A stretch of DNA of 64,000 nt from Chloroflexota bacterium (GCA_034430475.1 DAOUEA010000071.1:25098-89097); one strand, 5' to 3'. Shown: positions 16,013 through 24,731, counted from the stretch's first letter. Program-made: numbers and translations. The notes: generated by a model not told the origin, from the sequence alone.

Positions 16013-16040
16013 ACGTCACCCACCTGCGCGCAACGGTTGG

Positions 16041-16096
16041 GCGGCCTCCGGCGGCGAGGTCACCTCCGGCAGGCGGGTCCAGGCCGCCGGAGGAAC
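16041..16096 (+). promoter_or_regulatory. Riboswitch expression platform: helix sequestering the Shine-Dalgarno sequence
   Basis: CCTCCGGCGG (16045-16054) is the exact complement of CCGCCGGAGG (16084-16093). The latter contains the GGAGGA SD (16089-16094) four nt before the ATG at 16098. A second CCTCCGG at 16063-16069 offers an alternative pairing. Confidence 0.5.
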
Positions 16097-16097
16097 A

Positions 16098-17495
16098 ATG
16101 CGAAGACGCCTCGTCGCCAGCGCGCTACTGGCGACACTCCTCTCCCTGCCGCTTGGTCTCGCGGCGCTACCCCTGTCCGTCGCTCGTCCGGTCGATGCTG
16201 CCGGGCCGGCCGATACTGAGCGCGCCACCTCGGCACTCCACTATCTCTGGGCTGCCCAGGCGGCCGACGGCTCGATCGACGGATCGATCGGCGAGACGGC
16301 CGACTTCGTCTTCGGGACGGCGGCCGCGGGCTTCGACCCCGCCACTCTCCAGACCTGCGACGGCTCCGCCGGGGCGCTCGGCTTCCTGGCCACGGCCTCC
16401 GACGCTGCCACGGCCGATGCCGCCAGGACGGGCAAGGCCGTGCTGGCGGTCGTGGCCGCCGGCCTCGATCCCTCCGACTTCGAGGGCCGCGACCTGCCGG
16501 CCCGCCTCGACGCCCTCTATCACTCCGACACCGGCTCCTACGGCGACGGCTCGACCTTCGCCCAGTCGTTCGCCATCCTGGGGGTCGAGGCTGGCGGGGG
16601 CTCCACGCCTGCAGCGGCGATCGATCGCCTGAAGGCGTCACAGGGCTCCGACGGCAGCTGGAGCTATGGAACCGCCGCCCCCGCCCCGGGCGAAGGCGAC
16701 AGCAACTCCACCGCCATCGCCCTGATGGCCCTGGCCGCCGCGGGCGACCACTCGGCCGATACCGCGGCCCTCGCCTATCTCCATACCCAGCAGATGCCGG
16801 ACGGCGGCTTCGCCTACCAGAATCCCTCGCCCTGGGCACCGGCTGTGAGCGACCCGGATTCGGACGCGATGGTCCTCCAGGCACTTGTGGCGGCGGGTGA
16901 GGACCCCGAATCGGCCGCCTGGCTGCAGGGCGGGAGCTCGGTCCTGACGCATCTGCGCTCCACCCAGGGCGCCGACGGCGGTTACGCCTACCCGAGCATG
17001 GGCGAGAGCGCCTTCACGACGAGCCAGGTCCCGGCCGCGCTGGTGGGGATTCCCTACGGCGCGGCGGTCACCTTCGTCGCCGGCCGAAGCCTGCCGGCGA
17101 TCGCATGCCCGACGCCCACGCCGACGGCGAGCCCGACGCCTTCGCCGACCGCCAGCCCGACTCCGACCGCCAGTCGGACGCCCAAAGCGGCCCCGAAGCC
17201 GACCGTTCGGACGACCCCCAAGCCGACCCTTCAGCCTTCGGCGACCGACGAGCCGGCAGCCCAAACGAGCCCGACTGAGCCCGCTCCCACCGCCCAGCCG
17301 AGCCCCTCGGCCGTGCCGGCTCAGACCGACCTGCCGAGCCCGACCGGCCTGCAGACGCCTCTGCCCGCTCCCGAGGGGAGTGGCTCCGGGGATCCCGGCG
17401 ACCCGACCCTCGCCTACCTGGCAGCCGCCGCGCTGGGGCTGCTGGTCGTGGTGGGCGGCGGCTGGGCCCTGATGGCCGGCCCGGGGAGGCGATGA
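16098..17495 (+). CDS. Secreted alpha/alpha-toroid (prenyltransferase/terpene-cyclase-repeat-like) protein with PT-rich linker and C-terminal TM anchor; candidate corrinoid-binding surface protein
   Basis: 465 aa. Signal peptide, then repeated QxxDG(S/G)(W/F/Y) motifs (AQAADGSIDG, SQGSDGSWSY, QQMPDGGFAY, TQGADGGYAY). Linker PTPTPTASPTPSPTASPTPT... and terminal LAAAALGLLVVVGGGWALMAGPGRR. First gene after the B12 riboswitch. Confidence 0.6.
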   Translation: MRRRLVASALLATLLSLPLGLAALPLSVARPVDAAGPADTERATSALHYLWAAQAADGSIDGSIGETADFVFGTAAAGFDPATLQTCDGSAGALGFLATASDAATADAARTGKAVLAVVAAGLDPSDFEGRDLPARLDALYHSDTGSYGDGSTFAQSFAILGVEAGGGSTPAAAIDRLKASQGSDGSWSYGTAAPAPGEGDSNSTAIALMALAAAGDHSADTAALAYLHTQQMPDGGFAYQNPSPWAPAVSDPDSDAMVLQALVAAGEDPESAAWLQGGSSVLTHLRSTQGADGGYAYPSMGESAFTTSQVPAALVGIPYGAAVTFVAGRSLPAIACPTPTPTASPTPSPTASPTPTASRTPKAAPKPTVRTTPKPTLQPSATDEPAAQTSPTEPAPTAQPSPSAVPAQTDLPSPTGLQTPLPAPEGSGSGDPGDPTLAYLAAAALGLLVVVGGGWALMAGPGRR

Positions 17496-18349
17496 CGATG
17501 CGCGCCCCGTGCCGCCTGGCGGCGACCCTGATCGTGGCCCTGGCCGCGGCGACGCCAGTGGCGGCGCTCGCTGCGCTCGCGCCGCCGTCGCCCCTCATCT
17601 CATCCTGTGCCGCGGCCGGAACGCATCGGGCCGGGATCGTGGTCCAGCACGGCGACGGCACTCTCGTGACCGGCTGCGTCGCCTTCGACGGCGAAACGAT
17701 CACCGGCGAGGAGGCGCTGGCCCAGTCGGGGATCGCCTGGTACGGCCAGACCTTCGGCGGGTTCGGAGTGGCCGTCTGCGCCCTGGACGGCGAGCCGGAC
17801 CGCTACCTCGAATGCCCCGGCAAGGACGACTACTGGGCCGTCTTCGTCTCCCGCGGAGGAGCGGCCTGGCAGCTCTCGTCCGTGGGCATCTCCGCCCTGT
17901 CGCTCGGCGACGGCGACCTTGTCGGGTTCCGCTACGTGCCGGTCGCCGGGACGCCCGCGCCGCCGGCACTCCCGGGCGGGGCCTGCGCGGCGGCCACTCC
18001 GTCTCCGAGCGGGGCGGCCCCGGCCACCGCGTCGGCTTCGGCAGAGGCCACGGCCCCGGCCACCGCGTCGGCTTCGGCAGAGGCCACGGTCACGGCCGCG
18101 GCGACGGCTTCGGCAGGGGCCACGGTCACGGCCGCGGCGACGGCTTCGGCCACGTCGATCCCGTCTGCCACGCCGGCGGTTTCGGCGCCCGCCGACACGT
18201 TCGCCCCGGCCGGCCCCGATGGCTCGCCGGCACCGCCCGCCCCGCCTTCGGGCCCCGACCCCGGCCTGCTGGTCGCCTTCGCGGCCGGCGGCGGCCTGGC
18301 CGGCCTGGCCGTCCTGCGGCTCGTTTCGGCCGGACGGGCCGGCAGATGA
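17492..18349 (+). CDS. Secreted DUF4430-like (transcobalamin beta-domain-like) protein with repeat linker and C-terminal TM anchor
   Basis: 285 aa. ATGA overlap with the upstream gene. After the signal peptide: GIVVQHGDGTLVTGCVAFDGETITGEEALAQSGIAWYGQTFGGFGVAVCALDGE...YWAVFVSRGGAAWQLSSVGISALSLGDGDLVGFRY, matching my recollection of the DUF4430 pattern (...YW.y.vNg.....G...y.l.dGD.i.f.y). C-terminal LLVAFAAGGGLAGLAVLRLV. Confidence 0.6.
   Translation: MTMRAPCRLAATLIVALAAATPVAALAALAPPSPLISSCAAAGTHRAGIVVQHGDGTLVTGCVAFDGETITGEEALAQSGIAWYGQTFGGFGVAVCALDGEPDRYLECPGKDDYWAVFVSRGGAAWQLSSVGISALSLGDGDLVGFRYVPVAGTPAPPALPGGACAAATPSPSGAAPATASASAEATAPATASASAEATVTAAATASAGATVTAAATASATSIPSATPAVSAPADTFAPAGPDGSPAPPAPPSGPDPGLLVAFAAGGGLAGLAVLRLVSAGRAGR
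18018..18154 (+). repeat. Four tandem 36-bp (12-codon) repeats, pattern A-A-B-B', inside the linker of the DUF4430-like gene
   Basis: 18018-18053 and 18054-18089 are identical (ccccggccaccgcgtcggcttcggcagaggccacgg). 18090-18125 and 18126-18154 are a second near-identical pair. Together they encode the ATASASAEATAP/VTAAATASAGAT repeats. Confidence 0.9.
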
Positions 18350-19233
18350 CGGCCGTGGCCAGAGGGGCGCTCGCCTCTCGCGGCTCAGCCCGTCTCGCGC
18401 CTCGGGCCTGGCTGGCCTGGTCTCTGGCGGCCGTCACCGTAGCGCTCATCTCCAGCAACCCGGTCTACCGCGGCCTGGTGGCGCTGGTGGCCCTGAACGT
18501 GGTCCTGGCCTGGAGGCCGCCGGGCCGCCGTCTGCGACCGCTGGCCGTGGCCCTGGTCCTGGCCGCGGCCCTGGCGGCGCTCATCAACCTCCTCTTCAGC
18601 CACACCGGGGCGGGAGTGATCGCCCGGCTCCCAGACTGGCTGCCCCTCGTCGGCGGCCCGATCACGGTCGAGTCGGCTGCCTACGGCGCCACCGTCGGGC
18701 TCGGGCTCGTCGCCGCCCTGCTGGCCGTGGCTCCGCTCTCGACGGTCCTCCACGCCCACGAGGTCGTGGACGCGCTCCCGGCTCCGCTCGAGCGCACCGG
18801 CATCGCCGTGGCCACGTCCCTGAACCTGGTCTCCGGGTTTGGGCGGACCTTCACCGAAGTGAGCGACGCCCAGCGGATGCGCGGCTGGAAGCCGCGTGGC
18901 ATTCGGTCCTGGAACGAGGTCCTGGTGCCGGTCGTGCTGACGGCCATCGAGGATTCGGTCCGCCTGGCCGAGGCGATGGAGGCCCGGGCCTTCGGCGCCG
19001 GCCGCCGATCGAGCTTCGCCTCGTCGCCCTGGGACGTCCGGTCGGTGGCCGTCACGCTCGGGGCCCTGGCCTCTGCCGGGATCTTCGTCGCCGTCCGATT
19101 GGCCGGTCTCGAGATGGATTGGTACCCGTACCCGACGCTGGCCCTGCCCGAGGTGAACGCCGTCCTGGTGGCGGCCTGCCTGCCGCTGGCCCTGCCCGCC
19201 TTCGGCGGATCGGGCCGGGAGCCGGTTCGATGA
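18346..19233 (+). CDS. ECF transporter transmembrane (T) component, CbiQ/EcfT family
   Basis: In-frame ATG inside track ORF 17509..19233, with ATGA overlap. About 295 aa polytopic protein with CbiQ-like C-terminal region (AQRMRGW...LVPVVLTAIEDSVRLAEAMEARAF). Confidence 0.85.
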   Translation: MTAVARGALASRGSARLAPRAWLAWSLAAVTVALISSNPVYRGLVALVALNVVLAWRPPGRRLRPLAVALVLAAALAALINLLFSHTGAGVIARLPDWLPLVGGPITVESAAYGATVGLGLVAALLAVAPLSTVLHAHEVVDALPAPLERTGIAVATSLNLVSGFGRTFTEVSDAQRMRGWKPRGIRSWNEVLVPVVLTAIEDSVRLAEAMEARAFGAGRRSSFASSPWDVRSVAVTLGALASAGIFVAVRLAGLEMDWYPYPTLALPEVNAVLVAACLPLALPAFGGSGREPVR

Positions 19234-20666
19234 GCGCCCTTTCGGCCGTGCCCTCCTCTTCGGCCGTGCCCGCCCCTCCGGCCGCCGCCTCTCCTGCCGC
19301 CGCTCGTTTCGAGCGCGTCACCTACCGCTATCCGAACCAGGACCAGCCCGCCCTGAGCCGGGTCGAGCTGGAGATCCGGCCCGGGCTGACGCTGGTGGCC
19401 GGCGATTCGGGCGGCGGCAAGTCCACCCTGCTGCGCCTCCTGAACGGCCTCGTGCCGCAGTTCCACGGCGGCCGCATCTCCGGCCGGGCCCGGGTGGCGG
19501 GGCTCGACCCGTTCCGCGACCCGGTGCCACGCCTGGCCCAGCGAGCGGGGCTGGTGTTCCAGGACGTTGAGACGCAGTCGGTCTACGGGACAGTGGAACG
19601 GGAGATCGCCTTCGGCCTGGAGAACCTGGGCCTCTCCAGGGCGGCGATGGCGGACCGTATCGACGAAGCGGTCGCCTCTCTGGGGATCGAGCACCTGCGC
19701 GGGCGGAGCCTCGCCACACTCTCCGGCGGGGAGCGGCAGCGAGTGGCGCTGGCAGCGGTCCTGGTCCTGCGGCCGGAGATCGTGGCCCTGGACGAGCCCA
19801 CGTCGCAGCTCGACCCCGACGGCGCCGCTGCCGTCCTGGTCTCCTGCCGTACCCTGGCTGCGGCCGGGCACGCCGTTGTGGTGGCCGAGCATCGATTGGA
19901 GACGGTCGGGCCGGCTTCCGATCGGGCGGTTCGAATCGAGGCCGGGCGCGCCGCGACGTCGGACGGCCCGTTGCCGGCGCCTGTCGCCCGGCCTGCAGCG
20001 CGCCGACCGAGCCGTCACTCGCGTCCCGGGGAGCCCGCCTGGGCGCTGCACGATGTCTCCGCCGGTCCCGCCGGGGAGCCTGTACTGGCGGGGGTCAACC
20101 TGTCCGGCTCCCGGGGCGAGGTCATGGCCCTGGCCGGCCCCAACGGCTCGGGCAAGACGACCCTGCTGCGCACGATCGCCGGATTGCTGGCGCCGCTCTC
20201 GGGCTCCGTCTCCCGGCCGGACGGCCGCACCGCCTATCTGCCCCAGAACCCCGGGGCGCTGCTGCATTTGCCGAGCGTGAGGGCGGAGGTGGAGCTGACC
20301 CTGCGCCGCACCGGCAGCGAGGGCGCGCCGGAGCCGCTCCTGGCGGCGATGGGCCTGACGGACCTGGCCGATCGCTACCCGCGCGACCTCAGCTCCGGGC
20401 AGAGGCAACGGGCCGCCCTGGCCGCCGTCCTGGCTGGCTCGCCGGACCTGGCCCTGCTCGACGAGCCGACCCGCGGCATGGACGCCGCCGCTCGCCGCTC
20501 GCTGGCAGCTGCCGTCGGCGAGCTGACGGCCCACGGCTCGGCCGTGGTCCTGGCCACCCACGATTCGGAGTTGATAGCCGCGCTTGCCGACCGCGTGGTG
20601 GAGCTAGGCAACGGCCGCGCCGTCGCCCGCGGGCCCGCGCCTGCTCACCGGGGGGCTGTCCGATGA
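19230..20666 (+). CDS. Fused double ABC ATPase (EcfA-A'/CbiO-like)
   Basis: In-frame ATG inside track ORF 17919..20666, with ATGA overlap. Two cassettes: Walker A GDSGGGKST and GPNGSGKTT; signatures LSGGERQRVALA and LSSGQRQRAALA; Walker B IVALDEPT and LALLDEPT. Confidence 0.9.
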   Translation: MSALSAVPSSSAVPAPPAAASPAAARFERVTYRYPNQDQPALSRVELEIRPGLTLVAGDSGGGKSTLLRLLNGLVPQFHGGRISGRARVAGLDPFRDPVPRLAQRAGLVFQDVETQSVYGTVEREIAFGLENLGLSRAAMADRIDEAVASLGIEHLRGRSLATLSGGERQRVALAAVLVLRPEIVALDEPTSQLDPDGAAAVLVSCRTLAAAGHAVVVAEHRLETVGPASDRAVRIEAGRAATSDGPLPAPVARPAARRPSRHSRPGEPAWALHDVSAGPAGEPVLAGVNLSGSRGEVMALAGPNGSGKTTLLRTIAGLLAPLSGSVSRPDGRTAYLPQNPGALLHLPSVRAEVELTLRRTGSEGAPEPLLAAMGLTDLADRYPRDLSSGQRQRAALAAVLAGSPDLALLDEPTRGMDAAARRSLAAAVGELTAHGSAVVLATHDSELIAALADRVVELGNGRAVARGPAPAHRGAVR

Positions 20667-21481
20667 GCCGCCTCGGCCTCGTTCTGGCCTCGCTCGCCGG
20701 CCTGCTCCTCTTCCTCTGGCCGTTCCTGGGGCTGGGCCTGCCGGCCGAGACACCGGCCCTGGCCCTGACCCTGAGTGTCGTGGTCATGCTCACCGTCCTT
20801 GAGGCCGGAGCCCGCCGTCTCGATTCGGGCCGCCTGGCCCTGCTGGCAGCGCTGGCCGCGATCGACGCCGCGCTCCGTCTGGCGATGGTCAACGGCGTGG
20901 GCGGGTTCAGCCCGATCTTCTTCCTGGTGCTGGTGGCCGGCTACGAGTTCGGGGCCTCCTATGGCTTCCTGGTCGGTTCCTTCTCGTTGCTGGTCTCGGC
21001 CCTGGTGACCGGCGGCGTGGGGCCGTGGCTACCGTACGAGACCTTCGGCGTGGGCTGGACTGGAGCGGCCGCCGGCCTGACCGGTTCGGCCGTTCGGCGT
21101 CTCCGACCTGCCCGGCGAGGCTGGCTGCCGAGCCGCCTCGACATAGGCGTGCTTGTCGGCGTGGCGATTGTCACCGGCTTCGCCTACGGCGCCCTGACCG
21201 ACGTCTGGGGCTGGGTGGCTTTCTATCGCGGCGTCGAGAACATCGGCTGGACGCCCGGTCTGCCGGCGCTGGACACGCTCACCCAGTTCGGCCGCTACTA
21301 CGTCCTGACCTCGCTGGTCTGGGATTCGTTCCGGGCCTTCGGCGACGCCGTGGCGGTCCTGGCCTTCGGCCCACCGGTGCTGGCCGCCCTCGGCCGTCTC
21401 CGAGCCAGGCTGGGCTACGTGATCGAGGAGGACGAGGCGGCGACAACGCAAGGTTCGGCCCCGGACGCCCCAACGGCCTGA
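20663..21481 (+). CDS. Polytopic membrane protein, candidate ECF substrate-capture (S) component
   Basis: 272 aa. ATGA overlap with the ATPase gene. About 6-7 hydrophobic segments. Its position as the last gene of a T-AA' module suggests an S-component role, but I recognise no S-component motif with certainty. Confidence 0.5.
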   Translation: MSRLGLVLASLAGLLLFLWPFLGLGLPAETPALALTLSVVVMLTVLEAGARRLDSGRLALLAALAAIDAALRLAMVNGVGGFSPIFFLVLVAGYEFGASYGFLVGSFSLLVSALVTGGVGPWLPYETFGVGWTGAAAGLTGSAVRRLRPARRGWLPSRLDIGVLVGVAIVTGFAYGALTDVWGWVAFYRGVENIGWTPGLPALDTLTQFGRYYVLTSLVWDSFRAFGDAVAVLAFGPPVLAALGRLRARLGYVIEEDEAATTQGSAPDAPTA

Positions 21482-21495
21482 GCCGAGCCCGCTGG

Positions 21496-22824
21496 TCAGG
21501 CCCGCTGTCCGGACGGTGCCGGGTGCGCTACGGCCTCCGCCGGTGCCGTCGCGAGCTTGCGGGCCAGCAGCGCCCACAGGGCCAGGAGCGAGCACAGGGA
21601 CGACGACCAGAGGAGGGTGGTTGCCCAGGCGAGTGGGCCCGCGGCGCGAAGCTCGAGAGCCCAGACCGCGGCCCACACGACCGCGCCGCCGAACCAGGTC
21701 GCCAGCAGGGCACGATCCAGCCTGTCGAAGCGGCGCAGGGTCAGGTCGGGGGCGTCGGCCGCCAGGAGCAGCCCGACCGCTGTCAGCACCAGCGACTCGT
21801 TCCAGAAGCTGGTCTTGGGCGCCCCGATGGTGGCCGCGACGAGGGCGAAGCCCAGGCCCAGCAGGGCGCCGCGCCTGCCGCGGAGTGAAGCGCGGCGCCA
21901 CCAGATGACCGCCAGAGTGGCCAGGGCGAAGATCGTCGTAAGGACCAGCATCGCCGGCTGCGGATCGAAAGCCTCCCGCCAGATGGGCAGCGTCCGGTTG
22001 CCTTCCCAGACGAGCCGGGTTACGAAACCGTTGATCGACTGATTCGTGTGGAACGTGTCCGGCTCCAGGAGCGAGCCCAGGCTGGTGCTCCCGGCCGCTG
22101 CCCATGGCGCCGCCGCGACCGCCAGAGTGAAGACAACGGCGCCCCCCACCGCCAGCCCGACCGCCGCGCCCCAGCGCCGGCCTGCCGCCAGCGGCACGAC
22201 CAGCGCCCCGGGTACCAGCTTGACGATCGCCGCCAGCCCCAGCAGCGCCCCTCCCGCCCCCCGGCGGGCGGTCGTGGCTCCGCTCACCGCCAGAAGAGCC
22301 CCGGCCGCCAGCAGCGGGAAGAGTACGAGATTGGCCTGGCCCATGGCCACCGTGCCGTAGATGGGCGGATAGGCCCCGGCGGCCAGGGCTGCCAGCAGGC
22401 GCCGCCGCGCCAGATGGGGGCCGCCGTGAACTGCCACTAGCCACAGGCCCACCGTCAGCCCGAAGGCCGCCAGCGAGACGGCGTTGAAGGCCACGACGCC
22501 CCATTCGAAGGGCAGGATGGCGAAGGGCACCATGGCCAGGGCGAAGGGCAGCGGGTAGGAGTAGCCCCCGCCGAGCATGAAGCTCAGGTGCTCGCGCGCG
22601 GCCAGCTCGGCCAGCGCCTGAGAGTCGTAGGGGGAATGCCCCTCCAGCAGCAGCCGGCCGGCCAGCCAGTAGTCGTGGAAGTCGTTGGGGCCCAGGCGCA
22701 GGACCGATGCCCAGAACAGCCAGCCAGCCAGCGGCAGGATCGAGGCCGCGACGGCCAGGCCGGCGACCTCGGCCGGGCGCGCCCGCCACCCGGCGTGGGT
22801 CGGTCCCGCGCTGCTGCCGGTCAT
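21496..22824 (-). CDS. Polytopic glycosyltransferase, GT87/DUF2029-like (mannosyltransferase-like)
   Basis: ATG at 22824 with GGGAGG 5 nt upstream (the track ORF extends to 23085). About 442 aa with many TM helices. The early motif LGPNDFHDYWLAG fits the conserved acidic loop of DUF2029-type enzymes. Confidence 0.6.
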   Translation of the reverse strand: MTGSSAGPTHAGWRARPAEVAGLAVAASILPLAGWLFWASVLRLGPNDFHDYWLAGRLLLEGHSPYDSQALAELAAREHLSFMLGGGYSYPLPFALAMVPFAILPFEWGVVAFNAVSLAAFGLTVGLWLVAVHGGPHLARRRLLAALAAGAYPPIYGTVAMGQANLVLFPLLAAGALLAVSGATTARRGAGGALLGLAAIVKLVPGALVVPLAAGRRWGAAVGLAVGGAVVFTLAVAAAPWAAAGSTSLGSLLEPDTFHTNQSINGFVTRLVWEGNRTLPIWREAFDPQPAMLVLTTIFALATLAVIWWRRASLRGRRGALLGLGFALVAATIGAPKTSFWNESLVLTAVGLLLAADAPDLTLRRFDRLDRALLATWFGGAVVWAAVWALELRAAGPLAWATTLLWSSSLCSLLALWALLARKLATAPAEAVAHPAPSGQRA

Positions 22825-22921
22825 CGATCCTCCCTTCACCTTCGGGCCCCATGCTGCCATCATCGGGGATGGACTGCGCGGGCGTTCGGAGGCCTGCGAT
22901 CGACGAAGGGAGCGGCGAGCG

Positions 22922-23296
22922 ATGGCCCTGCGAGAGCTTGTGGGTTCGGCGACCGAGGCTGCGAACGTGAAGCGTGTCTTCGGCCAGCCGATCGAGCGAG
23001 AGGGGATGACGGTCATACCGGTGGCCTCGGTTCGAGGCGGCTTCGGTGGCGGCGAAGCGGGGGCAATGGCCCCCCGACCGGCCAAGGGCGGCGAAGCGGA
23101 GGCGAAGCCCGCCGGCTGGGGCGGCGGCGGGGCCTGGTCCGCGACCCCGGTCGGGGTCTACGTCATCAAGGACGGCGAGCTGGGCTGGCAACCCGCGGTC
23201 GACAGCAACCGCGCCATCCTCGTCGGCTGCCTGACGGGGATCGTCGCCTTGCTGGTCCTCCGCAGCATCGCTCGCTCGGCAGTGAAGCGGGGCTGA
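22922..23296 (+). CDS. GerW/YtfJ-family (sporulation protein YtfJ-like) protein
   Basis: ATG at 22922 (AAGGGAG upstream) inside track ORF 22685..23296; 124 aa. VFGQPIEREGMTVIPVASVRGGFGGGEG... then PVGVYVIKDGE; C-terminal hydrophobic helix. Confidence 0.75.
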   Translation: MALRELVGSATEAANVKRVFGQPIEREGMTVIPVASVRGGFGGGEAGAMAPRPAKGGEAEAKPAGWGGGGAWSATPVGVYVIKDGELGWQPAVDSNRAILVGCLTGIVALLVLRSIARSAVKRG

Positions 23297-23419
23297 GCGC
23301 CGGGCGCCTGGCGCCGCGAGGCAGCGATTCCCGGCCCGCCTGAGGCATTCGGCCAGCGGCAGCCGGCCGGTTCCCTGTATCGTTACGGGGTCACTTGCCC
23401 GAACCTGAGGAGCCTGCCC

Positions 23420-24625
23420 GTGGCTCTGCCGCTCCGCTCCCTAACGCCCGCCCCCCCGGACCCGATCCTGGGACTGACGGAGGCCTTCAAGGCCGACTCG
23501 CGCCCGAACAAGGTGAACCTCGCGGTCGGCGTGTACGTCGGCGACAACGGCGTGACGCCCGTGCTGTCGTGCGTCCTGGAAGCCGAGCGGAGGCTGCTCG
23601 AGGGGGCCGGCCCCAAGGGTTACCTGCCGATCGACGGCCGCCCCGCCTACCGCAATGCGGTGCGCCACCTGATCTTCGGCCCGGACCACGAGATCGTGAC
23701 CAGCGGCCGGGCCTCGACCGCCCAGACGCCGGGCGGCACCGGCGCCCTGCGCGTGGCGGCGGACTTCCTGGTCCAGGCCGGCGCCTCGAAGAACGTCTGG
23801 ATGAGCGAGCCCACCTGGCCGAACCATCCTCAGTTGTTCACCCTGGCCGGGTTCCAGACTCGCGTCTACCCGTACCTGGACGAGTCGGGCCGGAGCGTCG
23901 ACGTCGGCAAGATGCTGGGCGCGCTTCGCTCCGCCGCGCGAGGCGACGCCGTCATCCTGCACGGCTCATGCCACAACCCGAGCGGCGTCGATCCGGATGC
24001 CGACACGTGGGCCGCCATCGCTGAGGTCGCGGTCGAGAACGAGCTCATCCCGGTCATCGACTTCGCCTACCAGGGCTTCGGCTTCGGGCTCCGCGAGGAT
24101 GCCGACTGGCTGACCGGCCTGGCCCGCCCCGGCCTGGAGTTTCTGGTCTGCTCGAGCTACTCGAAAAACTTCTCGCTGTACAACGAGAGGGTCGGAGCGC
24201 TGACCATCGTGGCGGCCGACGCCGAGCGGGCCGCCTCCGCCCTGAGCCACGTCAAGATCGCCATCCGCTCCAACTACTCCAACCCGCCGGCCCACGGCGC
24301 GGATGTCGTGGCCACCATCCTGGCCGACCCGGATCTGCGGGCTCGCTGGGAGGTGGAGCTGGCGGAGATGCGCAATCGCATCCTCGGCAACCGCAACAGG
24401 CTGGTGAGGGCCCTCGAGGAAGCAGGCGTCCCGGGCAACTGGGAGCCGATCGGGCAGCAGCGTGGCATGTTCGCCCTGCTCGGGCTCTCGGCCGAGCAGG
24501 TGGCCAGGCTGCGCGACGAGTTCGCGGTCTACGTCGTGAGCAAGGGTCGCATCAACGTCGCCGGCATCACCCCCACCAACCTGGAGACCGTCGTCGCGGC
24601 GGTCAAGGCTGTCATCGAAGGCTGA
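23420..24625 (+). CDS. Class-I aspartate/aromatic amino acid aminotransferase (AspC/TyrB type)
   Basis: 401 aa, GTG start with GAGGAG upstream. Motifs DPILGL..AF..D....KVNL.VGVY, GGTGALR and PLP-lysine motif SYSKNFSLYNERVG. Confidence 0.9.
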   Translation: MALPLRSLTPAPPDPILGLTEAFKADSRPNKVNLAVGVYVGDNGVTPVLSCVLEAERRLLEGAGPKGYLPIDGRPAYRNAVRHLIFGPDHEIVTSGRASTAQTPGGTGALRVAADFLVQAGASKNVWMSEPTWPNHPQLFTLAGFQTRVYPYLDESGRSVDVGKMLGALRSAARGDAVILHGSCHNPSGVDPDADTWAAIAEVAVENELIPVIDFAYQGFGFGLREDADWLTGLARPGLEFLVCSSYSKNFSLYNERVGALTIVAADAERAASALSHVKIAIRSNYSNPPAHGADVVATILADPDLRARWEVELAEMRNRILGNRNRLVRALEEAGVPGNWEPIGQQRGMFALLGLSAEQVARLRDEFAVYVVSKGRINVAGITPTNLETVVAAVKAVIEG

Positions 24626-24731
24626 CCCCGCCCGCCCCACCGACCGGCGCCCCGCGCGACCCTTCGGAACCGCTCCGGCCCTGACTGCGTCTGAGGCTCG
24701 ACAAGCGATCGTTCGAGCAGAGGTACGACAG

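Noticed and set aside
17509-20666. Very long N-terminal extensions of the CbiQ-like (track 17509..19233) and ATPase (track 17919..20666) ORFs
   Set aside because: The extensions overlap the preceding genes in other frames and translate to Arg/Pro-rich nonsense. Internal ATGs at 18346 and 19230 form ATGA overlaps with the upstream stops and give normal-length proteins.
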